A stretch of 64,000 nucleotides of DNA from an uncultured Nitrospiraceae bacterium (GCA_963727805.1 CAVSHF010000003.1:1984001-2048000); one strand, 5' to 3'; counted from the stretch's first letter, positions 11,289-21,851 are shown. The notes: generated from the letters alone by a model not told the origin. Translations and numbers: made by a program.

Positions 11289-11401
11289 ATGTGTTGTCTT
11301 ACGGCATCTGTTACCAGCGACATGAAATGTCGGCGGTGCATAGGATGATGGAGCGGCAGATAAATGATATCTGACGTTTAGTCTGATCGGCATTTAATAG
11401 T

Positions 11402-11449
11402 TCACTCCTAAAGAGAGGCTGACACGACATCACCTCTCTTTAGGAGTGA
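11402..11449. terminator. Perfect 17-bp inverted repeat after adhesin A
   Basis: tcactcctaaagagagg / cctctctttaggagtga with 14-nt loop. Confidence 0.6.
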
Positions 11450-12106
11450 GAATATCTTTAGCCTCTGGGGTGTTTCTCAAGCCAATAACCTTATAACAAT
11501 CCCGGGGTACAACCAACCAATTAGAATTTACGGCGGAAATCCTCCTCGGGCTATGAATCCGAGATGAAAGCCGTTCCGTTTATCGGAGAATCATCGTAAA
11601 ACACCGTCACTTCAGGGCCGTGATTGAGGCTTGACAGATATAAGACGTTTGATCCGACAAAAATAGAAAAGCTTGAACGCGGTGAAAGTTACATCAAGCG
11701 TCTGCCTTCATCTAACGCAGTTTATCCCTAGAAAATACCCTATAGATGATAATTTACAATTTTCCCTTAATGTGGTAGTCTTGAAGTATGTTAAACAAAT
11801 GAGTAAACAGAAAAGTTGCCATCAACCTTTAATCTTGAGTGGTTCATAAAAAGTCTAATGATTCGAATATTTTTGTTTTTTAGGGGAAAAATGACTTCAC
11901 CATATGCTCTGCAATCGACTATTTCATATCAAAGCATGGTAAATTGGCTCAGAAATAAAGCGATTTTCACAAGTCGCCGACTTTTTGCGAGGTCGTCAAT
12001 CTTCATTCATCGATTTTTTATTACGCTGCCAATCACCTTACCGGGTAACCCAAGTTGCGTTATTGAGGCACATATTTCAACTAACCCTTAAATGAAGGAG
12101 GATCTT

Positions 12107-15100
12107 GTGACAAGGCGAATTTCTTTAGCTGTTTGGCTGTTGGCAGTTTTTTTAATGGCCTTTGCTAGCCCAGTTCTCACTTATGCCGCCCCCTTTGCGT
12201 ATATCACAGACGCATCAGAAGGGCACGTTTACGTCATTGATTTGTCTAGCAACTCAGTAGTAACTGGGGTTGGTTACCCTATTCCAGTAGGGTCTGCCCC
12301 TATTGGCATAGCGGTGTCCCCTGCGACCAGTCGCGCATACGTGGCTAATTACGGCGACGGTACGGTTTCTGTTATAAATACGTCAACAAATTTAGTGATC
12401 GGTTCGCCGATCCCTGTAGGGTCTGCCCCTCTCGGCATAGCGGTTTCCCCTACGAACGGCCGCGTTTACGTGGCTAATCAGGGCGACAATATAAATCCCA
12501 GTACAGTTTCGGTTATTGATCCGTCAAATAATAATTCTGTAACTCCAATTAATGTGGGGGTTGGCCCCACTGGCGTAGCCATTGACCCTGCAGGCTTTGT
12601 CTATGTAACTAATACAGTCGATCATACAGTCTCGGTTATAGATACCTCAAATACAGTAACTACAATTAATATAGCGGGTATATCACTAACGGCGGCTAAC
12701 CCTTTTGGCATAGCAGTAAACCCTGCCGGCACCCGCGCCTACGTCGCTAACCAGGATAGCTCGGTGACAGTGATTGATATTACTGCTTCTCCCAAGGCCG
12801 TCATGGGTACTATTACTTTGGTGGAGTATGGTGTTCCGCATGGCATAGCAGTAAGCCCTGACGGGAAGACCGTCTATGTGGCAAATAATTCCTCTCATAA
12901 CGTCGCAGTCATTAACGTAGATGGTGATGCTAATACAGAAGGGTCGCCTATTGATGTGGTTCTTGGAAATTCCCCTTATGGCATTCAGGTAAACTCTAAC
13001 GGCAACGTCTATGTATGTGATAGCGCCGGCGGTAACGTCTCGTATATTATAGGTACTACAGTAAGTACAATTAATAGTGTGGGGACTAACCCTCGTGGAT
13101 TCGGTAATTTTATTCAATTGAGCGCGCCTTCGGTCACAACCACAGCGGTTACTGCGATTACCTCCACGACGGCAACAGGTAATGGCACTCTCAATTCAAA
13201 CGGAGGCGCCACGATTACTGGCCAGGGCGTCTGTTACGGTACAGCAGCCAGTCCTGTTTTGGGTGGTACAGGAGTCACCTGCATCACCGGCACTCTTACC
13301 GGCACGGCAATCACGGCCAGCATCTCGGGCCTCACACCTGGCCAGCTCTATCATGTGCAGGCCTATGCGACAAACTCGGTGGGCAGGACTTACGGCGGCG
13401 ACGTGCAGTTTACGGCTTCAGGGCTTGCGCCTTCGGTCACAACTACAGCGGTTACCGCGATTACCTCCACCACGGCAACAGGTAATGGCACCCTAAATTC
13501 AAACGGAGGCGTTACGATTACTGACCAGGGCGTCTGCTACGGTACAGCAGCCAGTCCTGTTTTGGGTGGTACAGGAGTTACCTGCATCACTGGCACTCTT
13601 ACCGGCACGGCAATCGCCGCCGGCATCACGGGCCTGACACCTGGCCAGCTCTATCATGTGCAGGCCTATGCGACAAACTCGGTGGGCAGGACTTATGGCG
13701 GTGACGTGCAGTTTACGGCTTTAACAATCGCGCCTTCGGTCACAACCACAGCGGTCACTTCGATTACCTCCACGACGGCCACAGGTAATGGCACTCTCAA
13801 TTCAAACGGAGGCGCCACGATTACTGACCAGGGCGTCTGTTACGGTACAGCAGCCAATCCTATTTTGGGTGGTACAGGAGTCACCTGCATCTCCGGCACT
13901 CTTACCGGCACGGCAATCGCGGCCGGCATCACGGGCCTGACACCTGGCCAGCTCTATCATGTGCAGGCCTATGCGACAAACTTGGTGGGCAGGACTTATG
14001 GCGGTGACGTGCAGTTTACGGCTTTAACAGTCGCGCCTTCGGTCACAACCACAGCGGTTACTTCGATTACCTCCACAACGGCAACAGGTAATGGCACTCT
14101 CAATTCAAACGGTGGCGCCACGATTACTGACCAGGGCGTCTGTTACGGTACAGCAGCCAATCCTATTTTGGGTGGTACAGGAGTCACCTGCATCTCCGGC
14201 ACTCTTACCGGCACGGCGATCGCGGCCAGCATCACGGGCCTCACACCTGGCCAGCTCTATCATGTGCAGGCCTATGCGACAAACTCGGTGGCCAGGACTT
14301 ATGGCGGTGACGCGCAGTTTACGGCTTCAGCGGTCGCGCCTTCAGTCACAACCACAGCGGTTACTTCGATTACCTCCACAACGGCAACAGGTAATGGCAC
14401 TCTCAATTCAAACGGTGGCGCCACGATTACTGACCAGGGCGTCTGTTACGGTACAGCAGCCAATCCTGTTTTGGGTGGTACAGGAGTCACCTGCATCTCC
14501 GGCACTCTTACCGGCACGGCAATCGCGGCCAGCATCACGGGCCTCACACCTGGCCAGCTCTATCATGTGCAGGCCTATGCGACAAACTCGGTGGCCAGGA
14601 CTTATGGCGGTGACGCGCAGTTTACGGCTTCAGCGGTCGCGCCTTCAGTCACAACCACAGCGGTTACTTCGATTACCTCCACAACGGCAACAGGTAATGG
14701 CACTCTCAATTCAAACGGTGGCGCCACGATTACTGACCAGGGCGTCTGTTACGGTACGGCAGCCAATCCTATTTTGGGTGGTACAGGAGTTACCTGCATC
14801 TCCGGCACTCTTACCGGCACGGCAATCGCGGCCAGCATCACGGGCCTCACACCTGGCCAGCTCTATCATGTGCAGGCCTATGCGACAAACTCGGTGGCCA
14901 GGACTTATGGCGGTGACGCGCAGTTTACGACTTTAACAGTGCCTTCGGTCACAACCACAGCGGTTACTTCGATTACCTCCACGACGGCAACAGGTAATGG
15001 CACTCTCAATTCAAACGGTGGCGCCACGATTACTGACCAGGGCGTCTGTTACGGTACAGCAGCCAATCCTGTTTTGGGTGGTACAGGAGTCACCTGCATC

Positions 15101-17935
15101 TCCGGCACTCTTACCGGCACGGCAATCGCGGCCAGCATCACGGGCCTCACACCTGGCCAGCTCTATCATGTGCAGGCCTATGCGACAAACTCGGTGGGCA
15201 AGACTTATGGCGGTGACGTGCAGTTTACGGCTTTAACAGCCGCGCCTTCGGTCACAACCACAGCGGTTACTTCGATTACCTCCACGACGGCAACAGGTAA
15301 TGGCACTCTCAATTCAAACGGAGGCGCCACGATTACTGACCAGGGCGTCTGTTACGGTACAGCAGCCAATCCTATTTTGGGTGGTACAGGAGTCACCTGC
15401 ATCTCCGGCACTCTCACCGGCACGGCAATCGCGGCCAGCATCACGGGCCTCACACCTGGCCAGCTCTATCATGTGCAGGCCTATGCGACAAACTCGGTGG
15501 GCAGGACTTATGGCGGTGACGCGCAGTTTACGGCTTTAGCGGTTGCGCCTTCAGTCACAACCACAGCGGTTACTTCGATTACCTCCACAACGGCAACAGG
15601 TAATGGCACTCTCAATTCAAACGGAGGCGCCACGATTACTGACCAGGGCGTCTGTTACGGTACAGCAGCCAATCCTGTTTTGGGTGGTACAGGAGTCACC
15701 TGCATCACCGGCACTCTTACCGGCACGGCAATCGCGGCCAGCATCACAGGCCTCACACCTGGCCAGCTCTATCATGTGCAGGCCTATGCGACAAACTCGG
15801 TGGGCAGGACTTATGGCGGTGACGCGCAGTTTACGACTTTAACAGCTGCGCCTTCAGTCACCACCACACCGGTTACTTCGATTACCTCCACAACGGCAAC
15901 AGGTAATGGCACTCTCAATTCAAACGGAGGCGCCACGATTACTGACCAGGGCGTCTGTTACGGTACAGCAGCCAATCCTGTTTTGGGTGGTACAGGAGTC
16001 ACCTGCATCACCGGCACTCTTACCGGCACAGCAATCGCGGCCAGCATCACGGGCCTCACACCTGGCCAGCTCTATCATGTGCAGGCCTATGCGACAAACT
16101 CGGTGGGCAGGACTTATGGCGGTGACGCGCAGTTTACGACTTTAACAGTGCCTTCGGTCACCACCACACCGGTTACTTCGATTACCTCCACAACGGCAAC
16201 AGGTAATGGCACTCTCAATTCAAACGGTGGCGCCACGATTACTGACCAGGGCGTCTGTTACGGTACAGCAGCCAATCCTGTTTTGGGTGGTTCAGGAGTT
16301 ACCTGCATCCCGGGCACTCTTACCGGCACGGCAATCGCGGCCAGCATCACAGGCCTGACACCTGGCCAGCTCTATCATGTGCAGGCCTATGCGACAAACT
16401 CGGTGGGCAGGACTTATGGCGGTGACGTGCAGTTTACGACTTTAACAGTGCCTTCTGTCACCACCACACCGGTTACTTCGATTACCTCCACAACGGCAAC
16501 AGGTAATGGCACTCTCAATTCAAACGGAGGCGCCACGATTACTGACCAGGGCGTCTGTTACGGTACAGCAGCCAATCCTGTTTTGGGTGGTTCAGGAGTT
16601 ACCTGCATCTCCGGCACTCTTACCGGCACGGCGATCGCGGCCAGCATCACGGGCCTCACACCTGGCCAGCTCTATCATGTGCAGGCCTATGCGACAAACT
16701 CGGTGGGCAGGACTTATGGCGGTGACGTGCAGGTTACGACTTTAAACTCGCCTGCGGTCACCACCACGGCGGTTACTTCGATCCACCGCACGTCTGCAAC
16801 ATTAAATGGCAACGTAACGTCAGCCGGAGGTGCTACAGTTAGTGCCAGGGGAGTCTGTTACAGTACAGCAGCTAATCCTGTTTTGGGTGGTTCAGGAGTT
16901 ACCTGCATCGCCGCTAGCACTGGTGGTACCGGCACTTTTAACATCAACATTACGGGCCTGACTTCGCACCAAACTTATCATGTGCAGGCCTATGCCACCA
17001 ACTCGGTGGGCACGTCTTATGGCGGGGACGTGTCGTTTACAGCGATAAGCGTGGTCGAGATCGGCGTTTTCAGAGGTGGCAACTGGTATCTTGACTACTC
17101 CGGGACGTACCTTGCGACGGGCACATGGGCTGGCTGCGGTGCGCCTGCGGATCCGACGAAGGCTGCATGCATACCTTTTGGAACAGCCGGCGACATCCAG
17201 ACAGTCGGTGACTGGAATGGTGACAGCCAAAGCAAGATCGGCGTTTTCAGAGGTGGCAACTGGTATCTTGACTACTCCGGGACGTATCTTGCTACGGGCA
17301 CTTGGGCTGGCTGCGGTGCGCCTGCGGATCCGACGAAGGCTGCATGCATACCTTTTGGAACGGCCGGCGACATCCCGGCAATCGGTGACTGGAACGGAGA
17401 CGGCAAAAGCAAGATCGGCGTTTTCAGAAACGGTATGTGGTATCTTGACTACTCTGGGACGTACCTTGCCACGGGCACATGGGCTGGCTGCGGTGCGCCT
17501 GCGGATCCGACGAAGGCTGCATGCATACCTTTTGGAACGGCCGGCGACATCCCGGCAATCGGTGACTGGAACGGAGACGGCAAAAGCAAGATCGGCGTTT
17601 TCAGAAACGGTATGTGGTATCTTGACTACTCTGGGACGTACCTTGCCACGGGCACATGGGCTGGCTGCGGTGCGCCTGCGGATCCGACGAAGGCTGCATG
17701 CATACCTTTTGGAACGGCCGGCGACATCCCGGCAATCGGTGACTGGAACGGAGGCGGCAAAAGCAAGATCGGCGTTTTCAGAAACGGTATGTGGTATCTT
17801 GACTACTCTGGGACGTACCTTGCGACGGGTACATGGGCTGGCTGCGGTGCGCCTACGGATCCGACGAAGGCTGCATGCATACCTTTTGGAACTACCGGCG
17901 ACATCCCGGTAGTCGGCGACTGGAATGGTCAATAG
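12107..17935 (+). CDS. Giant surface adhesin B: signal peptide, YVTN beta-propeller, 13 x ~100-aa FN3-like repeats, 5 x 60-aa FG-GAP-like C-terminal repeats
   Basis: GTG start at 12107 by analogy with paralog 7335 (ggaggatcttgtg); PSVTTTAVTSIT..YHVQAYATNSVG..YG FN3-like units. Confidence 0.9.
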   Translation: MTRRISLAVWLLAVFLMAFASPVLTYAAPFAYITDASEGHVYVIDLSSNSVVTGVGYPIPVGSAPIGIAVSPATSRAYVANYGDGTVSVINTSTNLVIGSPIPVGSAPLGIAVSPTNGRVYVANQGDNINPSTVSVIDPSNNNSVTPINVGVGPTGVAIDPAGFVYVTNTVDHTVSVIDTSNTVTTINIAGISLTAANPFGIAVNPAGTRAYVANQDSSVTVIDITASPKAVMGTITLVEYGVPHGIAVSPDGKTVYVANNSSHNVAVINVDGDANTEGSPIDVVLGNSPYGIQVNSNGNVYVCDSAGGNVSYIIGTTVSTINSVGTNPRGFGNFIQLSAPSVTTTAVTAITSTTATGNGTLNSNGGATITGQGVCYGTAASPVLGGTGVTCITGTLTGTAITASISGLTPGQLYHVQAYATNSVGRTYGGDVQFTASGLAPSVTTTAVTAITSTTATGNGTLNSNGGVTITDQGVCYGTAASPVLGGTGVTCITGTLTGTAIAAGITGLTPGQLYHVQAYATNSVGRTYGGDVQFTALTIAPSVTTTAVTSITSTTATGNGTLNSNGGATITDQGVCYGTAANPILGGTGVTCISGTLTGTAIAAGITGLTPGQLYHVQAYATNLVGRTYGGDVQFTALTVAPSVTTTAVTSITSTTATGNGTLNSNGGATITDQGVCYGTAANPILGGTGVTCISGTLTGTAIAASITGLTPGQLYHVQAYATNSVARTYGGDAQFTASAVAPSVTTTAVTSITSTTATGNGTLNSNGGATITDQGVCYGTAANPVLGGTGVTCISGTLTGTAIAASITGLTPGQLYHVQAYATNSVARTYGGDAQFTASAVAPSVTTTAVTSITSTTATGNGTLNSNGGATITDQGVCYGTAANPILGGTGVTCISGTLTGTAIAASITGLTPGQLYHVQAYATNSVARTYGGDAQFTTLTVPSVTTTAVTSITSTTATGNGTLNSNGGATITDQGVCYGTAANPVLGGTGVTCISGTLTGTAIAASITGLTPGQLYHVQAYATNSVGKTYGGDVQFTALTAAPSVTTTAVTSITSTTATGNGTLNSNGGATITDQGVCYGTAANPILGGTGVTCISGTLTGTAIAASITGLTPGQLYHVQAYATNSVGRTYGGDAQFTALAVAPSVTTTAVTSITSTTATGNGTLNSNGGATITDQGVCYGTAANPVLGGTGVTCITGTLTGTAIAASITGLTPGQLYHVQAYATNSVGRTYGGDAQFTTLTAAPSVTTTPVTSITSTTATGNGTLNSNGGATITDQGVCYGTAANPVLGGTGVTCITGTLTGTAIAASITGLTPGQLYHVQAYATNSVGRTYGGDAQFTTLTVPSVTTTPVTSITSTTATGNGTLNSNGGATITDQGVCYGTAANPVLGGSGVTCIPGTLTGTAIAASITGLTPGQLYHVQAYATNSVGRTYGGDVQFTTLTVPSVTTTPVTSITSTTATGNGTLNSNGGATITDQGVCYGTAANPVLGGSGVTCISGTLTGTAIAASITGLTPGQLYHVQAYATNSVGRTYGGDVQVTTLNSPAVTTTAVTSIHRTSATLNGNVTSAGGATVSARGVCYSTAANPVLGGSGVTCIAASTGGTGTFNINITGLTSHQTYHVQAYATNSVGTSYGGDVSFTAISVVEIGVFRGGNWYLDYSGTYLATGTWAGCGAPADPTKAACIPFGTAGDIQTVGDWNGDSQSKIGVFRGGNWYLDYSGTYLATGTWAGCGAPADPTKAACIPFGTAGDIPAIGDWNGDGKSKIGVFRNGMWYLDYSGTYLATGTWAGCGAPADPTKAACIPFGTAGDIPAIGDWNGDGKSKIGVFRNGMWYLDYSGTYLATGTWAGCGAPADPTKAACIPFGTAGDIPAIGDWNGGGKSKIGVFRNGMWYLDYSGTYLATGTWAGCGAPTDPTKAACIPFGTTGDIPVVGDWNGQ
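13124..17045 (+). repeat. 13 tandem 300/303-bp FN3-like coding repeats (last one divergent)
   Basis: Counted from the translation and from the nucleotide periodicity. Confidence 0.92.
17060..17932 (+). repeat. 5 tandem 180-bp FG-GAP-like blade repeats
   Basis: IGVFR.G.WYLDYSGTYLATGTWAGCGAPADPTKAACIPFGTAGDI...GDWNG. Confidence 0.9.
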
Positions 17936-18047
17936 GTATGTTCTTCAACGGTACTGTTGCCTCGACATGAAATGTCGGCGGAGTTTAGAATGATGCAACG
18001 GCAGATAAAATGATATCTGACATTTAGTCTGAGTGGCGTTTAGTAGT

Positions 18048-18095
18048 TCACTCCTAAAGAGAGGTGATATCGTGTCAGCCTCTCTTTAGGAGTGA
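18048..18095. terminator. Perfect 17-bp inverted repeat after adhesin B (loop inverted relative to copy at 11402)
   Basis: Same arms as 11402-11449; loop tgatatcgtgtcag. Confidence 0.6.
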
Positions 18096-18343
18096 GAATA
18101 TCTTTAGCCTCTGGGGTGTTGATCAAGCCAATGACCTTATAACGAACCCGGGGGACAACCAACCAATTAGAATTTACGTTGGAAATCCTCATCGGGCTAT
18201 GAACCCGAGATGAAAGCCGTTCCGTTTATTGGAGAATTATCGTAAAAACCGTCACTTCAGGATAGTGATATAAGGCTTGAAAAATATAAGGCGTTTCGGT
18301 TGACTTTTAGATCCGACGGGGCTATACGACTATATATATATAT

Positions 18344-18575
18344 ATGCTAGTGCGTAAGGCTTACAGAATCAGTCTTAATACCAGCTCGACAGGCGAACCA
18401 TTGTCCCAACAGTTTGCGGGCTGAAACCGTTTCATCTGAAACAAAGCACTTGCCCTTCGGAAGGAACGACTTGATGTCGGACTGAGTCGTCTCAGCGCCA
18501 ATAAGCTTGCAGCCATGTTGGTAGAATGGAAGATTGAGTACCCGTTCCTTTCGATTTCACCGTCATCGTATCAGG
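18344..18575 (+). pseudogene. tnpB: IS200/IS605-type tnpB 5' remnant
   Basis: MLVRKAYRISL....QQFAG*NRFI*NKALALRKERLD...LAAMLVEWK..PFL (OrfB N-terminal HTH region) with internal stops. Confidence 0.7.
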
Positions 18576-18737
18576 AGAAAGTGATCACTGGTGTGTCTCG
18601 ACTCGGGTAGAGATAGAAATTGCATCTCCAGTATATCCATCTGCAATGTAGGCGTCACTAAGCTGATAGCTAGAGAATGTAACGAATCCAGCCATCACAA
18701 TACAATACTAGTAAGAAAATAATTATCGGAGGATAGT

Positions 18738-20042
18738 ATGACTTTGTTAGAAAAGATTGAATCTCGGGATGCTGCAGTCGGCATTATCGGTCTCGGATAT
18801 GTAGGTCTTCCTCTTGTCTTCGAATTTTGTCGTGCTCAGTTTTCTGTGAGCGGCTTCGACATAGATCCGACAAAAATAGAAAAGCTTCAACGCGGTGAAA
18901 GTTACATCAAGCATCTTCCTTCATCGCTGGTTGCAGAAGCATCCGTAAGATTCAAAGCCACGACGGACTTTGCACAACTTGCGTCCATGGACTGTATCAT
19001 CATTTGCGTTCCAACACCATTGAACAAATACCGGGAACCCGACCTTTCCTATGTAATGAACACTACGAAAGCGATTGCAAACACTCTTAGAAAGGGACAG
19101 CTTATCGTCTTGGAATCTACAACTTATCCCGGTACCACAGATGTTGACATGCGGACAATCCTTGAAGCGACTGGCCTGAAAGCAGGTGTTGATTTCCATC
19201 TCGCCTTCTCACCCGAACGCGAAGACCCGAATAATCCGCAATTTTCGACACGCACTATTCCGAAGGTTGTGGGCGGCTACACTCCTCAGTGCCTGAATGT
19301 TGCTAAAGCCCTGTACGACAGCGTGGTGGATCGGACAGTCCCTGTTTCGTCAACGAGAGCGGCCGAGGCGACTAAACTTGTTGAGAATATTTACAGAGCG
19401 GTAAATATAGCACTGGTGAACGAGTTGAAGATGTGCTTCGACCGGATGGCAATCGACATCTGGGAAGTAATCGACGCCGCTAAAACAAAGCCTTTCGGGT
19501 TCCAGGCATTCTATCCAGGCCCGGGCCTGGGCGGACATTGCATACCGATTGACCCATTCTATCTGACCTGGAAAGCCCGTGAGTACGAGTTCACCACCAA
19601 GTTTATCGAACTCGCAGGTGAGATCAACACGTCGATGCCTTATTATGTAGTAGAAAAAACCCTGATGGCGCTGAATGAAACAGGAAAGAGCATCAATGGC
19701 GCGCGAGTGCTGATTATGGGACTCTCTTATAAGAAAGACATCGACGATATCCGTGAATCTCCATCTCTCAAGATTATAGAGCTTCTAAAAGCCCGTAAGG
19801 CCGTTGTGGATTACAACGACCCGTTCATACCAGCGACTCACAAGATGAGGAAGTACGATATCAACATGAAATCCATTCCATTGACGCCGGAGACCGTCAG
19901 GAGTTATGACTGTGTGATCATTGTAACGGACCATTCCTCTTACGATCCTCATTTTATTCTAGAACATGCGCAGCTCGTAGTAGATACCCGAAATCTTATC
20001 AAAAGAGAAATCGACAAGGAAGGGAAGGTAGTCCGAGCCTGA
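18738..20042 (+). CDS. Nucleotide-sugar dehydrogenase (UDP-GlcNAc/UDP-glucose 6-dehydrogenase, WbpA-like)
   Basis: GLGYVG, CVPTP, LESTTYPGTT, FSPERED, GGHCIPID, YKKDIDDIRESP. Confidence 0.92.
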   Translation: MTLLEKIESRDAAVGIIGLGYVGLPLVFEFCRAQFSVSGFDIDPTKIEKLQRGESYIKHLPSSLVAEASVRFKATTDFAQLASMDCIIICVPTPLNKYREPDLSYVMNTTKAIANTLRKGQLIVLESTTYPGTTDVDMRTILEATGLKAGVDFHLAFSPEREDPNNPQFSTRTIPKVVGGYTPQCLNVAKALYDSVVDRTVPVSSTRAAEATKLVENIYRAVNIALVNELKMCFDRMAIDIWEVIDAAKTKPFGFQAFYPGPGLGGHCIPIDPFYLTWKAREYEFTTKFIELAGEINTSMPYYVVEKTLMALNETGKSINGARVLIMGLSYKKDIDDIRESPSLKIIELLKARKAVVDYNDPFIPATHKMRKYDINMKSIPLTPETVRSYDCVIIVTDHSSYDPHFILEHAQLVVDTRNLIKREIDKEGKVVRA

Positions 20043-20178
20043 AACAGGTTACAGTAAGCGCTTGCTTGGAGGAGCTGACTCTAAGCTAATAAATGCTGAT
20101 CAATGATTCTATCAACTGGCACGAACAGGCAAAGCAGATACAGTAGCATGAAAAACTATAACCTGTATGAGGCCTCCA

Positions 20179-20283
20179 GAAGATGCGGATACGAACGCTG
20201 CAAAGAATATTCGAAGGGACGAACTCTCCTTGTTAGACTATCGAGAGATGGCCGAATTAGACGCTCTGCGAAGCAGTAGGTAA
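20179..20283 (+). pseudogene. tnpB: IS200/IS605-type tnpB 3' remnant (RuvC-III and right-end-like sequence)
   Basis: DADTNAAKNI, followed by ttagactatcgagagatgg...cgctctgcgaagcag, resembling typical tnpB 3' ends. Confidence 0.55.
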
Positions 20284-20362
20284 GGTCTCAGTTTGCAGCT
20301 AGATCTGCGATACTCGGCGAGAGGTGGAGAATATAAAGTGATCGGTATCATCAGAGGGATAA

Positions 20363-20569
<207 letters not shown>

Positions 20570-20663
20570 TGACGTTCATCTGTTATGATTCCACAAAACA
20601 GATGGCAACACAACAACTCTCATCTTGACATTAAGAGAGCTGTTATGCCGCAGTTTTGCCCTT

Positions 20664-21851
20664 CTAGAAATTTGCCTGCTTTGATAGTTTGAGACCGGCC
20701 GTTACGATGTTGTTGATATAACTGCCCACATGATTCTCTTCGTTGTCCGAATTTACGTAGGAATACGAAATAAAGAGGTCCGCCCATCGAAAAAGCTTGT
20801 ACGAAATCTTGACATTACCCCCCATATCATCCCTTTTCTGGTCGGGCCCGGTATTATTTACGGCTCTGTAATGCCCGTACCAAGCAGAAATGGCGGTATT
20901 TATGGCAGCAGTCACATCTCTGTTATAGTTCACTGTGATCACTTCTTGTCTCACTGGAGCAGCGGTCTCAAGTCCGGAAATAACGCTGTTTATATAAGAC
21001 AAGCTAGCATAGCCCTTTTCAAATGTCTTTGTGACAATGAAGTTCCCGATAAAGTATGTATCATTTTTTGATGTCAGTTCGATCTCTTGTATGTCTATTC
21101 CTGCAGCTGCATCGACACTAAGTGTAGGTGTGAACTTGTGGTGCGCTCCTATGGTGAACTGCTGCTCGTAAACATTGCCGCTGATGGAATACACATAAGC
21201 GTCAAATTCAGCTTTTGCATTCAGAGTAGTCATTCCGCTAAGGAGATAGCTGGCACCCATAGCCCCGGTGTATGTCGTGATATCACTGAAGCCAGGTTGA
21301 GAATTATCGGCAATCGTATAAATCAAAGAGGGCTGCAATGTCAGTTTTTCGGAAATCCTATAGTCGACATTTGCGTTTAGGGTATTCATCGTTATTGTAT
21401 TCTGTGTTGAGACCAACGGTCCCACCGTTATTGTATTCTGTGTTGAGCCCGACGGTCCCACCGTTTCTAAATTCCTTATTGCAACCAAATCCTTTGTTTT
21501 CAAAAAGACATCGGAGATTCCGGCAGAAAGACTATCCGTCAGCTTGAAGAGGCCTCGAGCGGTGGCTGATTCAGTGGTGGTGTTCTCTTGGTGCTGTGTG
21601 CTGTAATAACTAAACGATGGAGAGTACTTAACCATAACATCTGATTTTTCCGTCTTCGTGGAGAGCGTGACCTCAGGGTTGACTTCCGTAATATAGTCGG
21701 AGGTTTTGTCTCTGTGCGTAAGGAATATATTGTCATTGTATTGTTCGAATAAAGACAGCGAGAGGTCGGCCTTGTAGTCAAGGGCAAAAGCTGTACCCGA
21801 CACCGTAAGCACTACGGCAACAAACAATGAACTGATAGATAATAATTTCAT
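20664..21851 (-). CDS. Outer-membrane beta-barrel protein, EPS-export associated type
   Basis: Signal peptide; EQYNDNIF..SDYITEVNP; alternating aromatic strands; C-terminal Phe. Confidence 0.75.
   Translation of the reverse strand: MKLLSISSLFVAVVLTVSGTAFALDYKADLSLSLFEQYNDNIFLTHRDKTSDYITEVNPEVTLSTKTEKSDVMVKYSPSFSYYSTQHQENTTTESATARGLFKLTDSLSAGISDVFLKTKDLVAIRNLETVGPSGSTQNTITVGPLVSTQNTITMNTLNANVDYRISEKLTLQPSLIYTIADNSQPGFSDITTYTGAMGASYLLSGMTTLNAKAEFDAYVYSISGNVYEQQFTIGAHHKFTPTLSVDAAAGIDIQEIELTSKNDTYFIGNFIVTKTFEKGYASLSYINSVISGLETAAPVRQEVITVNYNRDVTAAINTAISAWYGHYRAVNNTGPDQKRDDMGGNVKISYKLFRWADLFISYSYVNSDNEENHVGSYINNIVTAGLKLSKQANF

Larger units (their letters stand above)
6941..18925 (+). repeat. Tandem segmental duplication (copy 1 6941-11712, copy 2 11713-18925)
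   Basis: Near-identical leaders (6941-7430 vs 11713-12200) and 3' flanks (~11285-11650 vs ~17932-18295); copy 1 ends in a 62-nt copy of 18864-18925. Confidence 0.85.

Noticed and set aside
8151..17932. Long antisense and alternate-frame ORFs (8151..9968-, 14091..14936+, 16892..17932-, 17076..17912+ etc.)
   Set aside because: Shadows of the tandem coding repeats of the adhesins; no independent SD or domain signal
8400..17932. Repeat arrays as CRISPR or DGR template/variable repeats
   Set aside because: Units are 180-303 bp, in-frame and have no unique spacers; no cas or reverse transcriptase gene; differences are not adenine-specific
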